From positions 13,826,001 through 13,890,000 of the forward strand of contig OZ231126.1 in assembly GCA_965153355.1 (NCBI GenBank): 64,000 nt of DNA, given 5' to 3'. The notes under the pieces were generated by a model. It made no database searches and was not told the DNA's origin. It worked only from the letters and a program-made list of their open reading frames with translations. Position numbers and translations under genes: made by a program. The stretch comes from Flaccisagitta enflata (Eukaryota). This document shows positions 1 through 11,779 of the stretch, piece by piece (position 1 is the stretch's first letter; each line of letters opens with the position of its first letter).

Positions 1-484
1 CACTGATAAGTCATCATGCCGCTACACATCAACGCTCATCAGTGTTCATTTCTTTTTGAATCAATCAGTTAATCAGCTCATCAGTCTTCATTCTGTGTCA
101 CGGCAAACTTCATTGTTCTCTTTCACCTCGGACATCATACTCATTCACTTTAGTTCTTACCATGATCCTACAAAACCTACATTGCATTCTGCATGATAAT
201 CAATCAATTATAGTCCTTCTTGTCATCATGTTCCTCAAAATTTATCATCAATGATGATTCATTATTCTCATGCGACTCTAGGATCATTATGCCTGTTGTC
301 ACTGTTACTTTTACATTATCATCGATCAATCAATCATGTGCATCAAACCCCATCATCCTCGTTTATTTCAATCAGCATCCTGCTAATGTGCAATTCATTT
401 CATGCAAAATCAGGCTACGATATTATTTGAACATTTGGCACCGTTGCCTGAAACCATTCTTGGCCCCTTTTGGCCGATTTTTGT

Positions 485-491
<7 letters not shown>

Positions 492-573
<82 letters not shown>

Positions 574-590
574 CTCTCTCTCTCTCTCTC
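492..590. repeat. (TC)n microsatellite; others at ~3524-3701, 9450-9626, 11118-11266, 15319-15400, 27315-27408, 40193-40253, 44271-44357, 49934-49975 and 56006-56055
   Basis: Direct reading. Confidence 0.97.
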
Positions 591-1419
591 ATATGATATT
601 ATTCTTTACTCGTTTCATTTTGGGGGACAAAACTCATTAAATCTTGTTTTGCAAATTGTTCAGACACCTTGTTTTATTGTTTAATTTCTTTATCGTTGAG
701 TGATTTGGTGAGAAAATACCCTTAAAAACCACATGTGACATAGCTCCAGCAAAATTCGACAAATATAACGATTGAAATTTGAATAATTAGGTTTTTGTGT
801 GCCTTTTTTTACAAATTGTGAATTGAGTACGTTTAATGCTGACTTTACAACCATTTCGCATGGTATTTTATTTAAGTTCAATAATTTAACAGAGAAACAA
901 TTGTTTGCATATGATTGTCTGCAAGTATTTTTTAAAAGTCGTACAACTTTTGCCTAGACTTCTGTTTAGTTTTTCAGCAAAATGATGACTTGATAAGGAA
1001 GTCAGTGGCGATAGTCGGTAGTGTAGTAAAATAAAAGACTTACAGTAGATTATTCACATAACAAAATTAACATTGCATTGACCTTTTTGTGTGTGAATCT
1101 GGTTTTTTTAGTCCCTTGGGAAAATGGTCACAGATCTTTCTTGTCTTCCTTTGCAACTTTGCTCATAAAACAATTGTTTTTTTTTCATTGATGGTTTCCA
1201 TTTTATCGTTGATTACTTATCCCATTTACCTGAAAGGATAGACTCTGACAGGCAGAAAGTTATCGTAGTTCTTTTGTCTCGGTAGCTAACGTTTAGCTGC
1301 TGGCCAATAACTATGTCATCATCTTAAATTTCATGAATTGATAGTTGAGGTAGAAAGAATGTGTCTAGGGCAGGGATGGGATTTGTGACTAGGAATTGTG
1401 ACTAGGGTAGCATAGAAAG

Positions 1420-1437
1420 ATCATCCTCATCATCATT

Positions 1438-1488
<51 letters not shown>

Positions 1489-1520
1489 GTCATTATCATT
1501 TTGAAATTCATCATCATCAC
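1420..1520. repeat. (CAT)n microsatellite
   Basis: Direct reading. Confidence 0.9.
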
Positions 1521-1726
1521 CTTTATCTGCGACCCTCATTAGATGCAAGCATTTGAACTTTTGCATGAACTTTATCTTAAAACAAGAAGAAGGAAGTTAC
1601 TTTTACATAATGAAGTTTAATTGTTAAAAAATCGTTTAATTAACATATTCAATTTTTCAAAAGATTAATAGTTGAGTTCGTGATTGCAATTTCTTGGAGT
1701 CAGAAAAAGTGGATAGGCTAACCCAG

Positions 1727-2233
1727 TCGGGTGTGTCCATATGCAAAAGTATTTTGATCAGATGGTCATCATCAGAGATTGTTGGGACATTAATTTTACC
1801 GTTTTTCTTTTTCAAAATTTCATTCATCTTCTATTTTTTTCTAAATCCCCATTTAGCCCCTAATTTATATATTGTAGTGCAGCTGGTTTTGCACCTGGAT
1901 TATTGATAACAAGGAAAAGAATCAAAACACATTGGTTCTTTTATTCTTTATACTATAAAAAATTAGTCAAAATCTTCTGCTTTTATACAAGATGATTTAG
2001 TAATAGAAAAAACATAATTATCAGAATGATTCATAAGTCCCATTTTCAACAAAACTAGGTGCATTTGCTAAAAGTATAAATATTTTTAACAATCTTTACA
2101 TGCGCTTAAAAAAAACGGAAGATGATTGAAATTAAAAAAAATAAAAACGGTAAGTGTCATGTAATTAGTGTCTTAATACACCCTGATGATGATGAGCTGA
2201 TTAAAAAGAGCTTTTGCATATTGACACACCTGA
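1727..2233. mobile_element. MITE with 9-bp TSD (copy 1)
   Basis: TIRs TCGGGTGTGTCCATATGCAAAAG / CTTTTGCATATTGACACACCTGA; TSD CTAACCCAG at 1718-1726 and 2234-2242. Confidence 0.88.
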
Positions 2234-2601
2234 CTAACCCAGAGATAGCCTGAATAACACGGCACTAGATACTAAAAGGAACACTGCGACTCAAAGCTAT
2301 AATCAATATTCTTAGCACAAATTCGCTCAATGAAAAAGACTGCATGCTAATGGTGCATTGAGATCTCCATGTGCTCTAGCGGGCCATGCTAGTAATGAAA
2401 AGTAAAATAAGTTGTGCCAGAAGCTTTCTGGCAGTGGACTCCAGCAAACTGGGTAAAACTATAATCGTTGCCATGGGAGTTAGTACTCAGTTGACAAAAA
2501 GCTATGATTTTGAGTGTTTTTGTCACAACTGCTGTCAGAGAGTAACTGACGTGGCCTTGCGTCACTTAATGCCATTGCCTAAAATGTTTCGTGCCTAAAA
2601 T

Positions 2602-2993
2602 GTTGTTTGTTGTTGTTGTCTTTGTTGTCGTTGTTGTTGTTTTGGTTGTTGTTGAAGTTGTTGCTGTTGTTTTCTTGTTCTTGTCATTATTGTTGTTGTT
2701 TTTGTTGAAGTTGTTGTTTTTTAAGTTGTTGCTGTTGTTTTCTAGTTATTGCTGTTGTTTTTGTTCTAGTTGTTAGTGTCGTTGGTTTTGTCCTTGTTGA
2801 TGTTTACTTATTTGCTGTTGTTCTCATTTCTTTCTTCCTATGACCTCGTTGTTGTTGTTGTTGTTGTTGTTGATCTTGTCCTAGTTGATGATTTCTTTTT
2901 TGTTGCTGTTATCTTTTCCTTTTTTTGTCCTCATTGCTGTTGTTATTGTTGTTGTCGATTTTGTCCTAGTTGATGTTTTCTTATTTGTTGTTA
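2602..2993. repeat. Degenerate (GTT)n low-complexity tract
   Basis: Direct reading. Confidence 0.85.
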
Positions 2994-3307
2994 TTTTTAG
3001 TCGCGGACACGCGACTCTACACCTTGCCGTGTCGATCGGTCCATCGGTCCGTCCGAAATATCTTTGAATGGCAATCGGTTTTAGCATTACTGCTCCTGCC
3101 CAACCGTCCGCGACTGTATTGCCGTGTATCCGGCCTTGTTTCCTTTTTAGTTGCGGACACGCTACTCTATAAGAGGCTTTTTCCGTACGCCGGTCCGTCG
3201 GTCCGTCCGTCCGTCCGTCCGTAATGATCGAATCAAAAAGTGGGAAAACGCGCATTTCCGCCCCTGCCCACCCGTCCGCAACTGGTGGCCGTGTAACCGG
3301 CCTTGTT
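2994..3307 (+). mobile_element. Two adjacent Helentron/HINE (DINE-1-like) short elements, family A
   Basis: 5' TTTTAGTCGCGGACACGCGACT short inverted repeat, (GTCC/GTCG)n core, 3' hairpin GCCGTGTATCCGGC-CTTGTT, inserted in T runs. Other related copies at ~14421-14600, 22346-24372 (split), 29017, 30512-30665(-), 31281-31440, 38824-39118(-), 40031-40148, 44482-44585(-), 44949-45153, 46351-46538, 49508-49720 and 55594-55800. Confidence 0.75.
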
Positions 3308-3522
3308 TTTGTCCTCGTTGTTGTTGTTGTTGTTTTTCCTTCCGGCATTTGAGAGTTTGAGAGTTGACATTAACCTTTTCTGAGCAGAGTTCTGAGGCCT
3401 AGTTTCTGCGCGTTCAGCCGACTTTCCTCTCTTGCAAATGCACAAAAGCATCATCCCACCCTTTCCTCCTTCCCCTCCCTCTCTCCTCTTTTCACTCTGT
3501 CATTGCGTCTCTATCTTTCTCC

Positions 3523-3609
<87 letters not shown>

Positions 3610-3617
3610 TCTATGTG

Positions 3618-3701
<84 letters not shown>

Positions 3702-3705
<4 letters not shown>

Positions 3706-4199
3706 GGAAATGCGTCTTTTGTTTTTTTGTTTCCATTTTTTGTCGCATGCATTGCCCTTTTTGATTTTTTCCGTCCGTAGTCTTACGGAGTTGATTTTAT
3801 TCTTTATCGATGCTTCGCTGCTGGAAATATGTGCGCGTTTTTTATCATTTTTTTCCTTGTATTTTTATCGTTTTCGCGTCGTTTTATCGTTATTGCATCG
3901 TTTTTATCGTTTTGGTCTCGTATTGTCTCAACTGTGGGGTCATGTATTAATTTTTTCCTTTTTCTTGTTCAATTTAGAGCCTTTTTGTGAGAGGTGTGGT
4001 GGCAAACTTTCATTAATTTATTTTACTTAAACAAAATAGACACATTGGCGGCGATGTAGAATTACAATGGAAGTTCTCATTTTCCACACGCCTCAACATG
4101 CAAATTAGGCAGAAAAAGGACGTGTTCACGCTAAGCTAAATAGACAAGCAATCGCCAAAAGCGTGAACTGGCGGCAGGAAACCATGTCGCAATCTCACA
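3702..4199 (+). repeat. 5' LTR (498 bp)
   Basis: TTTTGGAAATGCG...AATCTCACA; matches 8953-9449 apart from one T in a homopolymer, as far as can be compared by eye. Confidence 0.92.
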
Positions 4200-4400
4200 G
4201 TAAAATAAATTAAAAAATCGACGCCGTCTTCACTCGTCTATTCGTGTCCCCTGCCCTGACCCGGGATGCTGTCATGCTAAGTGACGGCCTATGGCGCCGG
4301 GGCGCCGGGACGTGATGTCAATGAGAGAATTTACGCGTCGACGAATCGTCCTTTTAACGTCGAGATACATTGTGCTTTCCCCAAGTGCATTTGGCGTTGG

Positions 4401-4550
4401 TGGTAGCGAACCTGTTTATTTGCGCGCTAAAAACCGACGGGTGATGCTCAACTGACGCTGAATTTTGACATGGTCGGTGGTAGCGAACCCGGTCCATTTT
4501 TCTGCGAGCTAAAACCGACGGGTGATGCTTAACTGACGCTGAATTTCGAC
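4401..4550 (+). repeat. Two imperfect ~77-bp tandem copies in the gag 5' leader
   Basis: TGGTAGCGAACC...GCTAAAA(A)CCGACGGGTGATGCT.AACTGACGCTGAATTT.GAC at ~4401 and ~4478. Confidence 0.8.
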
Positions 4551-4616
4551 GTAGATTAAGCAAGTGAAAAAGTCCAAGCAAAATGGACTCTAAAAACGTT
4601 ATCGCGCCAGTTTCCA

Positions 4617-6644
4617 ATGGACGCTAGAATGTCTGTTCCGTCGACAACGATGGTTGATAGGGGTGTACACAACACCTCAATTTCGTCTTTGGCATCATAC
4701 TTTGCGGGTTGCCAACATGATCGTATCATCGAGTTGCGCGAGATGCGTGCAAATGTGGTAGCGGCCTTAAATGAGGCTCAAATGGCCTTTAATAACGCGG
4801 CCATCAACCCCGAAGATGAAATGGCAGCGGCAGATTCAGATTTTGCGCGCGACGGCCTTCAAGGAATCGTTTATCGTTACCTCGCCAAAACCAACGACAT
4901 TTCGAAATCAGGCGAGCTTGACGATGCATACGATTTGTGGACGTACACTGCAAATAGCCTGAAAACTGTGCGTAGCAAATGGGCAAAGATGAAATTTTTC
5001 GCAACAGACTTGTACTCCGATAAATTCCCGACAACGGAGGGAATTCTTAAATATTGCCGATGTACCCCCCATAAATTGGGTTTTGATGCGGAAGCGGTTG
5101 ACGAGGCATTGCGACGCATGAGTTGGGACGACCAGAACCGAGGTGAATTAGATGGCGCATTTGAGCAGCGGGATGTTAGGCCGATGCAACATTTCTCTTC
5201 GGAAGAAACAACGCGAGAGCCGGTACACGAGCAGCTTCAACAGCACCATCATCGACAACCTCCGGTGTCTCAACAAGCTCGTCAGCAGCACCATCAGCAG
5301 CAATATCGAATCGAGGGGGATCAGATTGCTAGAACTGCGAATGGTGATGGTGAGATCGTCAGGCAGGTGGGTGGAGATCACGAGCAGTTGGTAGTAGTCG
5401 GTGGTGGTTATCGACATCAGCAACCATCCCAGGAACGTCCGACAGTCACAGATCACCATGAACCTCAGACGACACAAATTCATCACCATCCTTCCAATCC
5501 TCCTCCTCCGCCTCCACTACGTGGTACAATCGTAAAGGAAGACTATGTGCCCCAGCGGCGGTCAGCGTTTGGTGGTGGTTACCAACAACAACCGCCGAGA
5601 CAACAGATGGCTGCAGGGGTCAACGAATCTCAATCTATCGATGAACACCACTTTCATTCTCCTCTTCCTCCTTCATCTCCTTTAACGCGGCGCCAAACGG
5701 GTTCCCATGCGGCACGGCAGGGTTTAGCGCACCAACCCTCAACAGTCTCGCTAGATGGTGCCATTGGGAAATTCATTACAGCATCCCATGCGGACAATTT
5801 CATTAGATGGCGGGAAATTGGTTATAGGAACTTGGAAAAGGCGCGACCAAGAACTCCATACCAGTCATTGACGCCTACAGACTACATTGTCGTGAAACGG
5901 AGATTTCTGGAGGCAGCAAATAACAAGGGAATTACGGAAATGGACATGATTTTGGAGTTACCACATTGGTTTAGTGGCCCTGTATCTGATGTCATCATGA
6001 CGGCGACAATTGGCGTGACAGCAGAAACTGCCGCCTTTGAGTTGGAGCAGTGCTTTAAACGGATGGACACGATATTCCAAGGGGACTCAAGTACGGTTGG
6101 CGCACTGCTTGATGGAATTGCATCCGCTCCTCCAATCGCAGAGCATGATTACAAGGCCCACTTTCTCCTATACGCGGAATTGCTGAAGGCTGAAAAGGTG
6201 GCGATGGTGTGTGGAGAGGAAGAGGTGTGTCATAACGATAACAGACTTCGTCTCATCCTCAATAATCGACTCCCTCATCTCGCCGACAAATTTTGGACGG
6301 AAAACTTTGAATCGGAAATGAGTGGCCGCGGAAGCTATGACTACCGTAATTTGGTAGAGCTGGTGGAGCGATGGGCAATAATTAAAAGGAAATGTGGGCA
6401 AATGCCACCCGACGAACATTTGACGGTGTGTGGGGTGTGTGGCCATCCCCACCCTACCTCCCAGTGCCCCATTTTGATAGAAGTCTCCGTCGACTCAAGA
6501 GTGGACATTTTGTCAAAGCATGAACTCTGCTACTATTGCTTTGTGAAGGGCCACACGGCCAAATACTGCGACAATAAGCCAACGTGTCAAATGTGCGGCC
6601 GAGGCCACGCAACGATCCTTCACGGCCGGAATTTTAATCAATGA
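4617..6644 (+). CDS. gag: BEL/Pao-type Gag protein (675 aa)
   Basis: Helical N-terminus, Q/H/P-rich linker and a capsid-like region (PTDY..KRRF...LPHWFSGP). The C-terminus has three Cys/His knuckles, CGVCGHPHPTSQC, CYYCFVKGHTAKYC and CQMCGRGHATILH, the arrangement typical of BEL/Pao Gag. Confidence 0.85.
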   Translation: MDARMSVPSTTMVDRGVHNTSISSLASYFAGCQHDRIIELREMRANVVAALNEAQMAFNNAAINPEDEMAAADSDFARDGLQGIVYRYLAKTNDISKSGELDDAYDLWTYTANSLKTVRSKWAKMKFFATDLYSDKFPTTEGILKYCRCTPHKLGFDAEAVDEALRRMSWDDQNRGELDGAFEQRDVRPMQHFSSEETTREPVHEQLQQHHHRQPPVSQQARQQHHQQQYRIEGDQIARTANGDGEIVRQVGGDHEQLVVVGGGYRHQQPSQERPTVTDHHEPQTTQIHHHPSNPPPPPPLRGTIVKEDYVPQRRSAFGGGYQQQPPRQQMAAGVNESQSIDEHHFHSPLPPSSPLTRRQTGSHAARQGLAHQPSTVSLDGAIGKFITASHADNFIRWREIGYRNLEKARPRTPYQSLTPTDYIVVKRRFLEAANNKGITEMDMILELPHWFSGPVSDVIMTATIGVTAETAAFELEQCFKRMDTIFQGDSSTVGALLDGIASAPPIAEHDYKAHFLLYAELLKAEKVAMVCGEEEVCHNDNRLRLILNNRLPHLADKFWTENFESEMSGRGSYDYRNLVELVERWAIIKRKCGQMPPDEHLTVCGVCGHPHPTSQCPILIEVSVDSRVDILSKHELCYYCFVKGHTAKYCDNKPTCQMCGRGHATILHGRNFNQ

Positions 6645-8952
6645 GTTATTTTACCATCCAATCTACCCTTCTTGCCTCACTTCCGCAAATGCGCCTTCAT
6701 GTCCATACAAGTCACGTGATTGCAAACAGACGCGTCCCCAGCTCCTTGAAGTCTTCCATTTGTCCGGTGGAGGGGCCTTTGACAGCTGGATTTTGGATTT
6801 TGGCGATGGAATGCATTTTTATGTGTTCCATATCGACACTTCTAAAACGGATAAGTCTAATGAAAGAGTGATTGACATTGAGGATTGCTTGACCATGTTG
6901 CACTGAGTCAAATCGTTTCAATGCATAGCCCTTTCTTTTCCCGCCCCTTATCTGTTAGTGTTTTGATAACGTTTTTACGTCCTCTGTTTGCGTGTTTTCT
7001 TTGTATTCACCCAACAGTTGCTTCCGGACGGTTTTTTCAATTGCTGGAGGGCGCCCGTGATCACTTCCGGCCCACGCAGGAAGAAAGATGGCGGCACTCG
7101 TCGTCTCGGCTCCTTTCAAAGATGGCGCCGATCATTCTCCCTTCCTCCGTCTTCTCCTCCTCCTCCTCCTCCACTGGCTACGTCTCTCGACGTTCGATGG
7201 GATTAAAGAAGCAGAGGAATCTCCGAAAGTCGATTTCCACGCTCTTTCTCATCATCATTTTAGGTGATGGGCATTGTTTTGTTTTGCGTAGTGTTTTTGT
7301 TCTCTCTCGTTCTGTTTCTCGTTCTGTTTTGTTGTTTCTCTCGCTCTCTTTCTCGTTCTCTTTCTCGTTCTCTTTCTCTTCTCTTCTCTCTCTTCGTTCT
7401 CTTTCTCGTTCTCTCTTCTCTTCTCTTGTTCTCTTTCTCGTTCTCGTTCTCTTTCTCATTCTCTCTCTCGGTCTCTCCTTTTTTTTTCCTTCTCGTTTTT
7501 GCCTCTCTTGTGTTCTTTCGTTCTCTTCCCTGCTCCCTTTGACTCTTTCTCTTCCCTGCTCCGTTTCGCTCTGTCTCCTTTTCTCTTTTGGTTTCTTCTG
7601 TTTTTATCGCTTGTGATTTGTTACCCAATGGGTAGGGGATAAGGGATGGTTTTGTCGTTTTTTGGCTGCGCCTTTTTATCATTTTTATGCATTATTATTG
7701 TGACATTATTTATTACTGGTCATTGATTGGTATTTTTGGTCAATTTCGTTTTGCGTTTCGCGTTTTTAGCACGTGATTTCGTTGTTCGTTTTGCGTTTGC
7801 GCGTTTTTTATTTCTATCTATTCTTAACGTGACATTTACACGTTGGCTGACTTTAATTATTTATTTTAGGTGTAGTATCTCTTATCATTGCTGGTTTTTA
7901 ATCCCTGATGTATTTCCGGTCATGTTCCCCTGTCTGGAAATACCACAAGGTCCCAAACCCCCCTTCCCCCCCCCCTATCCCCGTCTTAACTAGGTAAATT
8001 CTCCTCAACGCCGGCTCTCTTATGTCTTGTTTTGGCGGCCATTGTGGAATTGACTCTTTCGTGCGGGCGATGAAGTCGATTGTCAATTTGGCAGCAGCCC
8101 ATGTCTACTCAATGATCCCTAGATCTCAACAAAAAGAAGCCTCTTCCACTCCCGAGTGATTATGCTCCCGGACAGCGTCGTGGTTGGGGTACTAACACGT
8201 TTGTTGAGTGGGGGGTGAGGTTTTCAAGGGAAAGATGAAAAGAGGCGTGCGTTGTATTGCCCCTTATTGAGTTCCTCGCCTTCCTGTCTTGTTGGGCGGG
8301 CCCCTGGGCAGGCTACCATTTTTCCCCAGGCGTGGATGTGGCCTGTGTGGTTATGTTTCAGGCCTCATTTGGTCGTTAGTCGTTGGTCATATCCCTTGGG
8401 TCGGTCCACTAAGGGCGAGGGTTGGTTCCTGTCTTTTTCTTTCACTGTCCTGGTAGTTGCGCAACAAGGCCCCAAGGCCGCCGTGAAGCTGCTGGTTCAT
8501 CGTCGAGGGTAACGTTGATAATGGCATAAGCTGGAACCGAGCCTAAGGCAGCGGCGCCACCTTGGTCGGTGATTGGGTGCTGGCCCTGTAGACGGTGGGT
8601 GGTGGGTCTTGATGGGGGTAGGGGTGCGTCTCATTAACATACCATCTGAATCGTTATATTAATTTGTCATTGTATTAGCTGTAGTTTAGTCGCCAATTTT
8701 GTCCTTTGGGTAGCATGGTCGAGTGAGGGGACGGGAAGGGGGTGTTTGTCTATTGAGCAAGCTGCAGAGCAGTAGCACCCTTCGTCCCCAGGGGGGGAAT
8801 GCGCGGGTGGTGTGTGCTGTTTTCGTTTGTGTGTCCCCATCCTTACTCGATCTCCCCCAATTTTTCTTTGTTTTTATGCTATCCTTAGATTTTGCCCCCC
8901 TCTCGAAACTTTTTTGGGAAAAAATTTTTTAAATTAAAAAATTGGCCGGGAG

Positions 8953-9447
8953 TTTTGGAAATGCGTCTTTTGTTTTTTGTTTCCATTTTTTGTCGCATGC
9001 ATTGCCCTTTTTGATTTTTTCCGTCCGTAGTCTTACGGAGTTGATTTTATTCTTTATCGATGCTTCGCTGCTGGAAATATGTGCGCGTTTTTTATCATTT
9101 TTTTCCTTGTATTTTTATCGTTTTCGCGTCGTTTTATCGTTATTGCATCGTTTTTATCGTTTTGGTCTCGTATTGTCTCAACTGTGGGGTCATGTATTAA
9201 TTTTTTCCTTTTTCTTGTTCAATTTAGAGCCTTTTTGTGAGAGGTGTGGTGGCAAACTTTCATTAATTTATTTTACTTAAACAAAATAGACACATTGGCG
9301 GCGATGTAGAATTACAATGGAAGTTCTCATTTTCCACACGCCTCAACATGCAAATTAGGCAGAAAAAGGACGTGTTCACGCTAAGCTAAATAGACAAGCA
9401 ATCGCCAAAAGCGTGAACTGGCGGCAGGAAACCATGTCGCAATCTCA

Positions 9448-9449
<2 letters not shown>
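8953..9449 (+). repeat. 3' LTR (497 bp)
   Basis: Direct copy of 3702-4199, preceded by the PPT-like AATTGGCCGGGAG. Confidence 0.92.
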
Positions 9450-9490
<41 letters not shown>

Positions 9491-9578
9491 CTCTCTCTCT
9501 CTCTCTCTCTCCGTCTCTCTCTCCCTCCTCTCTCTCTCTCTCTCTCTCTCCGTCTCTCTCTCCGTCTCTCTCTCCGTC

Positions 9579-9632
<54 letters not shown>

Positions 9633-9691
9633 CTTTGTTTCGTTTCCTTCTGTCTCAATGCATCCATTGTGTTTTCATCTGTGTGTATCTA

Positions 9692-11067
9692 CTATCTAGA
9701 GCAAAAGTATGTAGACAGTATACTAGCTGGATTTTTTATTCAAAAATAATCTTTAAAAAAACCTTTCAAATACGTTATATATGTAATTTTACCTCTTTAT
9801 GTAACAGTGAGTCTTTCAATATGGGTTTTTTAACATTTCCAAAGAAGTTTAATACATAAATGCATTATGAATCTCCCCTCCTTGAAAACTGTTTAAGATC
9901 ACTTATGTCAGTCAATTTTATATGCTGCCCGAAGCCTTGTTTTCAACCACAATGTTTAAATGGGCTGGAATCAGGCAGGAAAATGTGATAAGTGTTTGGT
10001 TTTGCAGCAGGGATGTAAAATTGGATGAAAAAACCTTCAATTTTTTAAAAGAATAATCTTGATACTACAGGGTGTCCCAAGTCAGTTGTAACATAAAAAA
10101 TCGACATAACTCTGCTTCTAAGTCCTCAAAAATTTGTTTGAAAATAGATCTATGAAGATCTAGGTTTGCACTTTTTGTCACGCCAAACTTAAACTTAGAT
10201 TTTTGGATAGTTGCCGGTCAGAAAAATATCAAATGAGTGGTAACATTTAGTGGAAATTCATCTTTTTTATAGCTGTATTTGGAAGTAGCTAATTTTAACT
10301 GTCTACCATTCTTTAACAAATTGATTTAAAAATCTGGGATTTGTCTCAAATAAAAGATGTTTATACATAGATTGTACATCTGCTTTGAAATTTTAGAAAA
10401 TTTGGACAATTAATCACTTTATTGATGATTTTGATTAAAGATTGTCAAAATCAAAAGGGAAAATCTGAAAAAAATTAATGAAAATCTCACATAATTTTAA
10501 GAACTTGTTAAATCTTTTTGGTAATCTAAAATCTATGACAAATTATCTGCCATTTGAGACCAACCGCAGGGTTTTAGCTCAATTGGTTGAAAAATGCCTA
10601 GCAGTTGAAGACGGCTACTTTCAAGTACAGCAAAAAGCAAAAAATCAAGAAAAGACATGGTCAGAAATCACTTGTGTATTTTAAAGAAATGTGGTCCTTA
10701 GACAAATACTCTGATTGTCATAAAATTTTACATGCAAAAAGTGCAGACAAGATCTTTTTAGATCTTTTTTCAGAAATTGATTTGATAACTTAGAAGCAGA
10801 TATATGTCGATTCTTTATGTTACAACTCACCTGGGACACCCTGTAAAAGCAAAAATCTTGATGCAGTAATTATGCTATTTTTCATTTGGGGTATCAATCT
10901 TGTTTGGCTTGTCATTTCTAAATGGCATGAGCTAGACAGATGCGGTTTGCGCCATTAGCTCAGAAATTGAAAGTAGTTTCAGAATCTCACTGATTTTCAT
11001 ATAGATTTATCATTCTAAGTAGAGTTATTGTTATAAACGCTTGTCTACATACTTATGCTCTAGATAG
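9692..11067. mobile_element. Non-autonomous TIR element hosting a nested MITE
   Basis: ~26-bp TIRs CTATCTAGAGCAAAAGTATGTAGACA / TGTCTACATACTTATGCTCTAGATAG. The flanks can be read as a TA TSD, or as an ATCT TSD if each end is extended by 1 nt. Confidence 0.8.
10068..10843. mobile_element. Tc1/mariner-type MITE
   Basis: ~55-bp TIRs starting CAGGGTGTCCCA and ending TGGGACACCCTG, with TA on both sides. Confidence 0.88.
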
Positions 11068-11115
11068 TATCTTCTTCCATTTTTCCCTGCATGTCTCTCT
11101 CCCCTCTCCCTATTC

Positions 11116-11269
<154 letters not shown>

Positions 11270-11779
11270 CATTTCGGGTGCCAGTACACGTACTCGCCAC
11301 TGGCACGATTTGCTTCTCCCACCCTCCTTTCCACTCAAATGTCACCCATGCCAAATTTATCCAGGCCTATCCTCAATTCATCTCGTTTTATCTGATTGTC
11401 AAGCCATATCAAAAACTGTTAGGCTTGTGTGATATTTCATTTATTTTGATGTCACCCAAGAAATTCAATTTTATTAAACAACAACGATCCACATCCACAA
11501 ATCTTCTCCAATCACCAACCTTCCCATCATAACCCAATCAGCAACACAATTTATGTCTTTGTAAGCTGAATAAGCTGTTTCTCAAGTTTTAGAGCCATGG
11601 ATCAACCAAACAATGACTGTTTTGTTGAACTGAAGAAGCTGTCACTTAAGCCCTGGAACTGTCTGCGCCTTCGTATTGTCATCACTGCGTTTCCTCACCG
11701 AAACCTCAATCACCTAGGCCCAGTTAATACCGAACCTCAATGAGGTCGGCCTGTTGGGCAGTCTTATCGCCTATGCATT

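Larger units (their letters stand above)
3702..9449 (+). mobile_element. Non-autonomous, gag-only BEL/Pao-type LTR retrotransposon inserted in a (TC)n microsatellite
   Basis: Two ~498-bp direct terminal repeats, one intact gag ORF and no pol. A purine-rich GGCCGGGAG lies just before the 3' repeat. (TC)n flanks both sides. Confidence 0.88.

Noticed and set aside
6885-7682. 243-aa and other ORFs as a possible env or pol
   Set aside because: Mostly a CT-rich low-complexity tract; no protease, RT, integrase or glycoprotein motifs.
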